Positions 30,133-39,152 of a stretch of 63,367 bases of DNA are shown one piece after another (the stretch's first letter is position 1; every line of letters starts with the position of its first letter). The notes under the pieces were generated by a model. It was not told the origin of the DNA. It searched no databases and was given only the letters and a program-made list of their open reading frames with translations. Location: the NCBI GenBank assembly GCA_964463545.1, contig CAYXCA010000001.1, positions 1 to 63,367 on the forward strand, read 5' to 3'. The DNA comes from an uncultured Candidatus Saccharibacteria bacterium (GTDB taxonomy: Bacteria > Patescibacteriota > Saccharimonadia > Saccharimonadales > Saccharimonadaceae). A program made the position numbers and the translations under genes.

Positions 30133-31782
30133 TTATACCAAATCAGAATTAAGATAGTAATAATATTCCAAAAGTTCGCGCGAATAATTTTTGATGACAG
30201 CCAACTCAGGCTTTTTAGCATCTGACTGATGCGTAGGCACAATGAGCATCCGGGTAATGCCAACCTGCTCGACAAAAGCCGGGTTGTGGCTCACCATAAT
30301 AATCGTACCAGTATAATCTTTGAGGTTTTCGCCAATGATTTTTTGAGTTTCGGGGTCAAAATGGTTAGTAGGCTCATCCAGAATCACCAGGTTAGCACGT
30401 TGTAGCAAAATCTTACACAAAGCGACGCGGGCTTTTTCACCAGGCGAAAGCACAGCCACTTTTTTATAAACATCGTCACCATAGAAGAGGAAATTAGAAA
30501 GCATGCTGCGCAGTTCAGTGTCGGTAAAATCATACGATTGGACATTCTCCAAAATCGTGCGACGCTCATCGAGGATTTCTAGCTCTTGCGCGTAGTAAGC
30601 AATCGTCGTATTGTGGCCAAAGATAATCGAGCCGTCAGTGGGAGTAAGTTCGCCCACAATGAGCTTAAGTAGGGTTGACTTGCCAACACCATTTTCGCCA
30701 ACGATAAGAAACTTCTCACCGCGCGTGAGCGAGAAAGACAAACGGTCATAGAGCTGTGGCCCACCCGGATAGGCAAAGGAAAGATTTTGTACTTCAAGCG
30801 GAGTCTTGCTTCCCTCTTTGGCGGGTGTAATACGCATGGCCACACGAGCGTATTCTTGTTCACGTTCACCGAGCTCAGCTAACTTTTTGGCGAGAACTTT
30901 TTCGCGTTGATGTCCCATACCGATCAAAGCCGTATTGGAACGCTTAGCGGCACGCGCCCGCGCGACAAATTCGCTCAGGCGTTTAATTTCGCGCTCCTGC
31001 TCAGTGATGCGCGCATCCTCAGCGGCTTTTTCTTCAGCATACTGACGGCGGAAGTCACTATAATTACCACGATAAACTTTCATCTTGTGGGTAGTTTTAT
31101 TCACAAAAAGGATTTTGTTGACGACGGTATTAAGAAAATCAATGTCGTGGGAAATCACCAAAACTGTACCTTTGTAGCTACGCAGATAATTCGCCACAAA
31201 TTGCTTGGTTTCGACATCGAGATGATTAGTAGGTTCGTCCAACAAAAGCAAGCCTGCGTTTTCAAATAGCACCCGCGCAAAAGCAACTTTGGATTTTTGC
31301 CCGCCGGAGAGTTCTTTCATCTTCTGGTCAACTAAATCAGAGAGGTGCATTTTGTCCAAAATTTTGAGCAGCTCATAATCAAAATTTGCCAAATCATACG
31401 AATCAATCAAATCTTGAAGTTCAGTAATGCGATCCAGGATAGCATTACTGTCAGGATATTTAGCAAGTTTTTCATATTCAGAGTTAAGTTGTTCTTGAAG
31501 TTCGTCTACTGGGCGACCAGAAGCAACATATTCCCAGACCGTGATATCGTCATGCTCGGGCGGAATAATAATCTCTTGTGGTAAATAGCCAAGACGTTGA
31601 CTACCAAGTTCAATTTTGCCGTCGTCCAGATTTTGCTCACCCAAAATAATGCGAAATAGTGTGGTCTTTCCGGCACCGTTCACCCCAACGATACCAACTT
31701 TGTCGCCGGTTTCGAGATTAAAATTACAGTCATCATAAATGACTTTAGTACCGTACGCTAACTGAAGATGGGTTGCTTTCAT
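30133..31782 (-). CDS. ABC-F family ATPase
   Basis: Two ABC domains (GVNGAGKTT/LSGGQK/LLDEPTNHLD and GENGVGKST/LSPGEK/ILDEPTNH); no membrane segments. Confidence 0.93.
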   Translation of the reverse strand: MKATHLQLAYGTKVIYDDCNFNLETGDKVGIVGVNGAGKTTLFRIILGEQNLDDGKIELGSQRLGYLPQEIIIPPEHDDITVWEYVASGRPVDELQEQLNSEYEKLAKYPDSNAILDRITELQDLIDSYDLANFDYELLKILDKMHLSDLVDQKMKELSGGQKSKVAFARVLFENAGLLLLDEPTNHLDVETKQFVANYLRSYKGTVLVISHDIDFLNTVVNKILFVNKTTHKMKVYRGNYSDFRRQYAEEKAAEDARITEQEREIKRLSEFVARARAAKRSNTALIGMGHQREKVLAKKLAELGEREQEYARVAMRITPAKEGSKTPLEVQNLSFAYPGGPQLYDRLSFSLTRGEKFLIVGENGVGKSTLLKLIVGELTPTDGSIIFGHNTTIAYYAQELEILDERRTILENVQSYDFTDTELRSMLSNFLFYGDDVYKKVAVLSPGEKARVALCKILLQRANLVILDEPTNHFDPETQKIIGENLKDYTGTIIMVSHNPAFVEQVGITRMLIVPTHQSDAKKPELAVIKNYSRELLEYYYYLNSDLV

Positions 31783-32041
31783 TCCATAATTATAGCATGA
31801 TATTTAATATAATAGATATGTGAAGTTAATTTCATGGGACCCAAAGGCAGCCTGAGTTCACTCCTCCGCTCGCTGGCGGTTCTCTCACTAAAGATCGTGA
31901 AGTTCCCCTCTATAATTTCAAAGAAAATGTTGAGGTTTGACGGTTTTGAGCCACGGCTCAAAATATGAGAAGTGAACTTCTTTACCTAACGCACTTTTGG
32001 ACGTTTTTCTGACGGGGTTTCTGCAAGGGTGATAAGCCTTC

Positions 32042-32257
32042 GTGCGCAGCGGGAACGTAAACCTACCTGGTGTTAGTGGTGCTACTTTCAGGAACGCTGG
32101 CATCAACGGCAACGGTTGGTCGTCGCGCGCCTCATCTACTCGCGTCGATGGCGCTGCCATCCCTAGCGGTTACAACCTCGAATTTAATGATTCTGTAGTC
32201 AACCCGTCGAATGGCCCGAACGACCGCTGGCACGGTTTCCCCCTCCGCTGCCTTAGT
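32042..32257 (+). repeat. Silent cassette B: AAC-rich, DGR-template-like copy of the FISUMP tip
   Basis: 72 codons collinear with 1930-2145; same CGTGCGCAGCGG and CCCCTCCGCTGCCTTAGT anchors; many AAC/AAT codons. Confidence 0.75.
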
Positions 32258-32320
32258 GTGCCCGCGGCGGGTGCCGATCTTTTCTATACTTTATAATAAA
32301 ATTGAATATATGTCAAATAA

Positions 32321-32396
32321 TGGTATGCCCGATAGGAGTCGAACCTACGACACCCAGCTCCGGAAGCTGGTGCTCTATCCACTGAGCTACGGGCAC
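32321..32396 (-). tRNA. tRNA-Arg (anticodon CCG)
   Basis: Minus strand GTGCCCGTAGCTCAG...CCAGC-TT-CCG-GA-GCTGG...GGTTCGACTCC...CGGGCAT-A-CCA. Confidence 0.95.
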
Positions 32397-32497
32397 AAAA
32401 AATGGTGAACTGATTTTGCAAAGCAAAATCATCTCTCACTTGCGATTTTTCGAAAAAGAAAAAGACTTTGCAGTCTGTTTCTTTTTACTCAAAATCT

Positions 32498-32574
32498 TGG
32501 TGAGTCGGGTGGGGCTCGAACCCACGACACTCTGCTTAAGAGGCAGATGCTCTAACCAGCTGAGCTACCGACCC
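32498..32574 (-). tRNA. tRNA-Lys (anticodon CTT)
   Basis: Minus strand GGGTCGGTAGCTCAG...TCTGC-CT-CTT-AA-GCAGA...GGTTCGAGCC...CCGACTC-A-CCA. Confidence 0.95.
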
Positions 32575-32624
32575 ATCCGTTATTCATTATACCACTAATC
32601 TCAGAAAAATGCTATAATAAAATC

Positions 32625-33707
32625 ATGGAAATTCGCGAAAATGTGCCAATTGCTAGTTTGACTACCATGCGCCTGGGCGGAAATGCGCGCTATGTGATTA
32701 GCGTTAAAACACCCGAAGAAATAGCGCAAGCGTATGATTTTGCGCGTAAACGCGGGCTGGCGACTTGGGTGATGGGTAGCGGGGCTAACACAATTGGCCA
32801 TGATGAAGGCTTTTCGGGTGTAATTCTTTTGAACGAGATTAAAGGTATTTTCGTTGAGCAAGGCGGAACTTTTGTACCGCTAAAAGATCTTGATAGAACC
32901 ATTCTTGGTGATGAACTAATTCTGAAGGGCATGAGCGGAGAAAATTGGGACGATTTCGTGCGCGTGACGTGTGATTTGGGTTATTCGGGAATTGAAGCAC
33001 TCAGTATGATTCCGGGTACATTAGGCGCGGCACCTGTGCAGAATATCGGTGCCTATGGCCAAGATATTTCTCAAGTGATTGTATCGGTGGAAGCCTATGA
33101 TACTCAAACAAGTGAGATTGTGTCGCTTGATAAGTCTGAAATAAATATGGGCTATCGGCGCACGCGTTTTAATTCTGGCGAGGATGCAGGGCGTTTTGTG
33201 ATTGTGTCCGTTACAGTAAAGTTACACCGTGGAGAATTGCAACGTCCGTTTTATAATTCCCTCGAGCGTTATGTAGAAAAGAATCGCGAAACAAATTTTT
33301 CTCCTAGTAATATTCGCCGGATGATATGCGAAATTCGGAGCGACAAACTGCCCGATCCGAAGGAAGTCGCTAGTGCAGGAAGTTTTTTTAAGAATGTTTT
33401 TGTAGACAAAGCCGGTGCGGATGCAGCCGAGATGAAGGGTATTCCAGTGTGGCGTAGTGCCGATGGCGGTGGCAAGATAAATTCTGGGTGGTTGATTGAG
33501 CAATGTGGGCTAAAAGGCAAAGAACTGTTCGGTTTCAAGGTGAGTGATAAAGCGGCGTTAGTTTTGATTAATGAATCAGCCAAAAGTTATCAAGATTTGG
33601 ACCGAGCACGGCAAACTATTATCGATGCTGTGCGAGAAAAATTTGGTTATACTTTAAACCAAGAACCGGTAGAAATTCCTAGTTTAACAGAGGAGAATTT
33701 AATATGA
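32625..33707 (+). CDS. murB: UDP-N-acetylmuramate dehydrogenase
   Basis: TTMRLGGNA, GSGAN, IPGTLGAAPVQNIGAYG, SAGSFFKN, ALVLIN, QEP. Confidence 0.95.
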   Translation: MEIRENVPIASLTTMRLGGNARYVISVKTPEEIAQAYDFARKRGLATWVMGSGANTIGHDEGFSGVILLNEIKGIFVEQGGTFVPLKDLDRTILGDELILKGMSGENWDDFVRVTCDLGYSGIEALSMIPGTLGAAPVQNIGAYGQDISQVIVSVEAYDTQTSEIVSLDKSEINMGYRRTRFNSGEDAGRFVIVSVTVKLHRGELQRPFYNSLERYVEKNRETNFSPSNIRRMICEIRSDKLPDPKEVASAGSFFKNVFVDKAGADAAEMKGIPVWRSADGGGKINSGWLIEQCGLKGKELFGFKVSDKAALVLINESAKSYQDLDRARQTIIDAVREKFGYTLNQEPVEIPSLTEENLI

Positions 33708-34546
33708 AACTTTTGAATGGATCTGATATTGCTGGATATATGAAACTAAATCAAATGCACCAAGCACAAAGTCTGCGTTCGAATAAAATTCAGCCGAAGT
33801 TGGTCATTATCCGCGATAGCGATAACCCGGTGATCGTGAAATATGTAAATCTTAAAAAACGCTATGGCGAGGATATTGGCGTGGTGGTGGAAGATTGGTT
33901 GCGTGAGGATGTGGCTAAGGCGATTGCAGAGGCCAATGCGGATGAGTCTGTGCATGGAATAATCGTGCAATTACCGCTTAAGGATACAAGCCAAACTGAT
34001 GAAATTGTGAGTAAAATTGCGCCGGAAAAAGATGTAGATGGATTAGCCACATTATATCATGAGATGAATAACGATTCTGAAGATCATGTGTCTGGTGAGA
34101 TATTTGAATCGGCTACGGCGACGGCGATTAACTGGCTGTTGGCGGGATACGATATAAAATTGCAAGGTCAAAAGATTGCTTTGGTGGGGCGCGGACGTTT
34201 GGTGGGCGCGCCACTAGAGCGGATGTGGCGGAATTCGGGCTACGATGTGACGGTGTTCCGCAGCCATAGCAATCTGAACGAACTCAGAGATTTTGACGTG
34301 ATCGTGAGTGCCACAGGTGTGCCGCATTTAATCAAATCAGAAATGGTGAAGTCTGGCGCAGTAGTGGTGGATGCTGGTACCGCTAGTGAAGATGGTGTAT
34401 TGGTCGGAGATGTAGATGAAGGTGTACGTGAGCGCACTGATCTTTTGGCCATTACGCCAAAAGTGGGCGGGGTAGGCCCGCTCACTGTGACAGCGCTATT
34501 TGAACATGTGTTAATAGCAGCTACTGCTGTGCTAAATCGGCAATAA
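33704..34546 (+). CDS. folD: Methylenetetrahydrofolate dehydrogenase/cyclohydrolase
   Basis: HGIIVQLPL, PEKDVDG, GRGRLVGAP, TPKVGGVGPLTV. Confidence 0.93.
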   Translation: MKLLNGSDIAGYMKLNQMHQAQSLRSNKIQPKLVIIRDSDNPVIVKYVNLKKRYGEDIGVVVEDWLREDVAKAIAEANADESVHGIIVQLPLKDTSQTDEIVSKIAPEKDVDGLATLYHEMNNDSEDHVSGEIFESATATAINWLLAGYDIKLQGQKIALVGRGRLVGAPLERMWRNSGYDVTVFRSHSNLNELRDFDVIVSATGVPHLIKSEMVKSGAVVVDAGTASEDGVLVGDVDEGVRERTDLLAITPKVGGVGPLTVTALFEHVLIAATAVLNRQ

Positions 34547-35942
34547 TTGGCGTTTCTTCTTGGCCAAGATGGCGAAAATAAGCCATCGCTAAACCGCCAG
34601 CAATTATAATTCCAAAAATATCAGCAATCGGGGCAGCCCAGAGGATGCCGTTGATATTATTCATCACGCGAGGCAAAATCAGTACGAGCGGCACAAAGAG
34701 AATAATATCACGTGAGAGCGAAACAATAGCGGCGCGCAACGGTTCACCCACGGCTTGAAAGAAAATCGAGATAACTTTGATGCTGCAAGTAAGCGTAATT
34801 AACATCAGAAAGATCCGAAAAGTGAGTGTGGCAAACTGCATGTAGAGTTCGGGATTTTCCGAATTTGAGCCGAAAATATTGATGATAAATTGCGGGCAAA
34901 CTTCAAAGATTACCGTGGCAACCAAACCAACGATGACTGTAGCGGTAATACACTTGCGGAAAGTTTCACGCACGCGGTCAAGCTTGTCAGCGCCGATATT
35001 GAAACCCAAGATTGGCTGTGCACCAATGATAATACCCATGGCAATACTAAGCACAATGGTGAAAACTTTCATACAAATGCCGATGATAGCAAGCGGGTCA
35101 TTGGCACCGTAGACAGACTTAGCCCCATAAATCGCGAGCATTTTATTACAAACCATGGAGATAATGACGATGGAGAGTTGTGTAATAAGAGTAGAGATAC
35201 CGAGCTTGGCAACTGTGCTCACCACTTGTCCAGCTGGTTTGAAGCTAGCAAGTTGCAAACGAAAAGTTTTAGTGCGGAAAAGGTAAATGACGGAAAGCAC
35301 AAGCGTGAGTACTTGGCCAAGAATGGTAGCCCAAGCTGCGCCACGGATTCCCCAGTTCAGAACAAAGATAAAAATCGGATCAAGGATGATGTTGGTGAGA
35401 GCGCCCGCCACAGTAGCAATCATGGCAAAAGCTGGTGCGCCGTCGGCACGAATCACGGAATTAAGCATGTAGCCCAACATATAAATTGGGAAAAATGAAA
35501 TAATAATGTAAAAATACTGCCGAGCATAGATAAGGTTTTCGCCACTAGCGCCAAATAGACCGAGAATCTGGTCACAAAAAGCAAACCCAAGCACTACCAA
35601 AATCACACTAAGGATGAGAGTGATGAGTAGACTACTACCTACGGCATGGTGGGCATTTTTGGTATCCTTGCGCCCTTGGCAAATTGAGAGAAATGCAGCA
35701 GTACCATCACCGAACATGCCGGAAAGTGCCACCGCTACTAGCGTGAGCGGGAAGACGATAGAGGTGGCGGCGTTGCCGACCGCACCAAGTCCAGGCGCAG
35801 TGCCATGACCGATAAAAATTTGATCTACTACATTGTAGAGCGAGGTAATTAATAATGCGAGAATACACGGAATGGAAAATTTCAGCAAAAGTTTGGAGAT
35901 TTTTTCCTTTCCGAGATATTTATTTTCTGTGCTGTCCATCAC
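34521..35942 (-). CDS. MATE family efflux transporter
   Basis: LYNVVDQIFIG, IRADG, NIILDPIFIF..GIRGAAWAT, QPILGFNIGA. Confidence 0.93.
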   Translation of the reverse strand: MMDSTENKYLGKEKISKLLLKFSIPCILALLITSLYNVVDQIFIGHGTAPGLGAVGNAATSIVFPLTLVAVALSGMFGDGTAAFLSICQGRKDTKNAHHAVGSSLLITLILSVILVVLGFAFCDQILGLFGASGENLIYARQYFYIIISFFPIYMLGYMLNSVIRADGAPAFAMIATVAGALTNIILDPIFIFVLNWGIRGAAWATILGQVLTLVLSVIYLFRTKTFRLQLASFKPAGQVVSTVAKLGISTLITQLSIVIISMVCNKMLAIYGAKSVYGANDPLAIIGICMKVFTIVLSIAMGIIIGAQPILGFNIGADKLDRVRETFRKCITATVIVGLVATVIFEVCPQFIINIFGSNSENPELYMQFATLTFRIFLMLITLTCSIKVISIFFQAVGEPLRAAIVSLSRDIILFVPLVLILPRVMNNINGILWAAPIADIFGIIIAGGLAMAYFRHLGQEETPIIADLAQQ

Positions 35943-36357
35943 AAAAATTCCTGTTTAGGGTTTATATTTATAATTGTTTGCCCCTAATTCTCTATACGCT
36001 ATAAAGTTGGGCTTACAAGAAGGGCGTAATTGACGATTATACGCCGCAAGGCTGGGTCAACTTTAGGTATTTTAGCACACTATTTTTGAAAATGGATAGG
36101 TTTGTTGTAAAAATTACAACGGTTCATACGGGTTTTGCCGATTTTTGGCAAGTTTTTATTGATTTTTTGTAGAAACTATGCTATAATTAAGAGATGGGGT
36201 AAATTTCCCAGGCAACTTAGACAATTTGGTATAGAATTTTGTTTTTGTTCAGGCCGAAAGTTGTTTGGTAGTGTTGGTGGCAGGAGTATCCCGCCTCGAA
36301 TACTGCCAAACGGCAGAATACTTGGCGAAAAGCCGAAATTGAAGGAGGTCATAATAA

Positions 36358-37137
36358 ATGACAAAAACAAATGAGAATGTAACTACCGGTGAGAGCGACA
36401 AGGTGGGCGACAAACGTTTTGCTCTCTCACCGGACTCAATCGAGTCGATTGAGGAAATTCCGTCCGCGGAAGATTTGCGTGCGTGTGGCAGGACAAATCT
36501 GCAGCTTATATTAGCGATGGCGGAAAACGCACTATCAACGGATGCCGAAACCTGTCGGGGATGCGCGGATAATGGCTCGCGCGGTTGTTTTGATTCTTGT
36601 CAGACAGCAAAACAGGCTAAAAGGGCCTTACTTGATAGGTATGTCGAAAATTTGCGCGGAGCGTTGAAGACGGCCGAAGAATTACCGATACTGCCCGATT
36701 TACGAGATAAAAATTGGTTGAGCACCAACATCGTAGCGTATGTAGTTTGCGCCTGCGTTGATTATGGCAAATGGTTGGTCCGTTTTGAAGTGAATGGCCC
36801 AGAATTAGTTTCGCACATGGATGGTGACCATCTGATAGATGAGGTATCTTTTGATATTGATCTGTCACACTTTGATGATCCGTATTGCACGAACTGTAGT
36901 AATGATTCATGCCGCAACTTATGGCGTGAGGGCCATACATGCACTTTCAGTTTGCGGTCGCCATACATCCTTACTGCGGACGAGGAAGGGTTCCTCAGCA
37001 CACATCCATATCAGTTGGAAGCATGGTTGCGGGCGTGCGGAAGTATTTCTAAGGAATCGGAAATGTTTGACGACATGAGGACAATACTCGCATGCAAACT
37101 CGAGGATCATGGCAGAAGTTTTATGGCACCAATGTAA
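36358..37137 (+). CDS. Cys-rich hypothetical protein
   Basis: 259-aa ORF with GGAGG SD, own promoter (TTGATT-17-TATAAT) and terminator; CxxC clusters. Confidence 0.65.
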   Translation: MTKTNENVTTGESDKVGDKRFALSPDSIESIEEIPSAEDLRACGRTNLQLILAMAENALSTDAETCRGCADNGSRGCFDSCQTAKQAKRALLDRYVENLRGALKTAEELPILPDLRDKNWLSTNIVAYVVCACVDYGKWLVRFEVNGPELVSHMDGDHLIDEVSFDIDLSHFDDPYCTNCSNDSCRNLWREGHTCTFSLRSPYILTADEEGFLSTHPYQLEAWLRACGSISKESEMFDDMRTILACKLEDHGRSFMAPM

Positions 37138-37153
37138 AATCTATGCTAAATTG

Positions 37154-37186
37154 AATATACCTGGCTATTATGTAGCCAGGTATATT
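37154..37186. terminator. Hairpin between convergent genes
   Basis: AATATACCTGGCTA-TTATG-TAGCCAGGTATATT. Confidence 0.75.
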
Positions 37187-37190
37187 AATA

Positions 37191-39113
37191 TTAGTCACGT
37201 TTAAGCATCACGGTGAAGGCTTCGGACGGGATGTCGATTTTGCCAAAACGTTTCATGCGGGCTTTACCGCGTTTTTGTTTTTCGAGCAATTTAGCCTTGC
37301 GGTCACGGTCGCCGGTGTGAATTTTGACTGTGACATCTTTGCGATAGGCACCGATAGTTTCGCGAGCAATAATCTTGGCGCCAATGGCGGCCTGGAGGGC
37401 CACTTCAAAATTTTGCCGTGGAATAACTTCTTTGAGTTTTTTGGTGATTTCGCGACCCAGTGCATCAGCCTCAGAACGGTGACACATTAAACTCAACGCG
37501 TCGATGCGATTGCCAGCCACGAGAAAATCGAGGCGCACCAAATCTTCGGCACGATAATCCGAAAGTTCGTAATTGAAACTAGCGTAACCGGAAGTAATGC
37601 CTTTGAGTTGATCGTAAAAATCGGTGAGCAAGTTGGCCATGGGCGCTTCAAAATCAATCACGGCGCGATCCTCAATGTAACTGAGATTAGTCTGATGGCC
37701 GCGTTTTTCGTTGATAAGGTTAAGCACACCACCAATCATATTCTGTGGGAGAATAATTTCGCCCTTCACCCACGGTTCGCGAATTTCCTGTACGGTAGAC
37801 TGGTCGGGCAAATCGGCTGCCGAGCGAATGTTGATGTCCTCGCCGTCGGAAGTGGTAACTTCGTAATTGGTGCTGGGGTTGGTGATGACGATATCAAGAT
37901 TAAATTCCCTTTCTAGACGTTCACGAATGATGTCCATATGGAGAAGACCAAGGAAGCCAATACGCAAGCCAAAGCCCAAAATTGGTGAATTTTCTGGCTC
38001 AAAATGTAGGGCAGAGTCGGACATGGCGAGTTTTTCCACGGCGTCTTTGAGGTCTTGATATTGGTCGTTCGACACGGGGAAAAAGCCAGCATAAACAAAG
38101 GGCAGGACGTCTTTATAACCAGGCAAAGGCGCGCTGGCGGGGGCTTTGGCTAAGGTAACCGTATCACCAACTTTGGCTTCGCGCGTGGTTTTGAGATTGG
38201 TGACAATGTAACCAATACTTCCCTCTTCGAGGCTGGCCGTGGGGGTCATTTTGGGAGTGAGTGCGCCGACTTCGAGGGCTAGGCCATTAGTGCCGGCAGC
38301 CATCATGCGAATTTCGGAATTTTTGGGAATGGAGCCGTCGAAAACACGAACGTAAAGGACGACGCCACGGTAATCATCGAAGTAAGAATCGAAGATGAGA
38401 GCCCTAGCACTGTACGAGTTGGCATTTAATATTTCTGGGACCCGTTCGCGCCGGCCTGTCGTTACAGGCGGCTTGCTCACTTCGCTCGCTCCCCGTTGGT
38501 CGCGAAGATTCCCAGAAACATCAACCGCCAACTCGCGCGGGGCGGGGGTTTTATCAATGATCGTGCGGTCGGTTGGAGCGGGGGATCGCTCGATAATTGT
38601 GTCGAGAATTTCGGGAACGCCTTGGCCGGTTTTGCCGGAAGTCAGGATGATTTCTTCGGGTTTGCACCCGAGCAAATTAACAATTTGGGCGGTAACTTTC
38701 TCGACGTCGGCCGCCGGCAAATCAATTTTATTGATCACCGGAATGATATATAGATCTTGTTCCAAAGCCAGATAAACATTTGCTAGAGTCTGCGCTTGAA
38801 TTCCTTGCGTGGCGTCCACCACCAGAACTGCCGTTTCTACTGCCTGCAGCGAACGCGAAACCTCATAAGAAAAGTCCACATGGCCCGGCGTGTCAATCAA
38901 ATTCAAAACGTAGCCCTTCCAGTGCATCTGAACCGGCGCCAGTTTGATTGTAATTCCCTTTTCACGCTCTAGCTCCATGGAGTCAAGCAACTGAGATTTC
39001 ATTTCGCGTTGAGAAACTGTACCGGTGAGTTCCATCATACGATCGGCAATTGTAGATTTGCCGTGATCGATGTGGGCGATAATGCAAAAATTGCGAATTT
39101 TCTCTGGATCCAT
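37191..39113 (-). CDS. lepA: Elongation factor 4 with an in-frame insertion
   Basis: IRNFCIIAHIDHGKST, EREKGITIK, DTPGH, GFLGLLHMDIIRERLEREF, KLLEKQKRGK. Confidence 0.97.
   Translation of the reverse strand: MDPEKIRNFCIIAHIDHGKSTIADRMMELTGTVSQREMKSQLLDSMELEREKGITIKLAPVQMHWKGYVLNLIDTPGHVDFSYEVSRSLQAVETAVLVVDATQGIQAQTLANVYLALEQDLYIIPVINKIDLPAADVEKVTAQIVNLLGCKPEEIILTSGKTGQGVPEILDTIIERSPAPTDRTIIDKTPAPRELAVDVSGNLRDQRGASEVSKPPVTTGRRERVPEILNANSYSARALIFDSYFDDYRGVVLYVRVFDGSIPKNSEIRMMAAGTNGLALEVGALTPKMTPTASLEEGSIGYIVTNLKTTREAKVGDTVTLAKAPASAPLPGYKDVLPFVYAGFFPVSNDQYQDLKDAVEKLAMSDSALHFEPENSPILGFGLRIGFLGLLHMDIIRERLEREFNLDIVITNPSTNYEVTTSDGEDINIRSAADLPDQSTVQEIREPWVKGEIILPQNMIGGVLNLINEKRGHQTNLSYIEDRAVIDFEAPMANLLTDFYDQLKGITSGYASFNYELSDYRAEDLVRLDFLVAGNRIDALSLMCHRSEADALGREITKKLKEVIPRQNFEVALQAAIGAKIIARETIGAYRKDVTVKIHTGDRDRKAKLLEKQKRGKARMKRFGKIDIPSEAFTVMLKRD
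38415..38535. repeat. Nested palindromic element inside lepA
   Basis: CGAGTTGGC/GCCAACTCG, TTTCTGGGA/TCCCAGAAA, TTCGCG/CGCGAA and GCCTGT-CGTT-ACAGGC. Confidence 0.8.
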
Positions 39114-39152
39114 GGTGATAATTATAGCATAATTTGCTATAATTGGTTTATT

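Noticed and set aside
29235-30275. 346-aa antisense ORF, and other long shadow ORFs (4856-5521, 7030-7764, 47680-48420, 48430-49107)
   Set aside because: They overlap well-supported genes on the opposite strand or another frame and show no motifs.
1930-32257. Cassettes A and B as a classical DGR VR/TR pair
   Set aside because: Only 10 of 50 mismatches fall at adenines of the putative template, 26 are C>T or G>A, and no reverse transcriptase or Avd is in the window.
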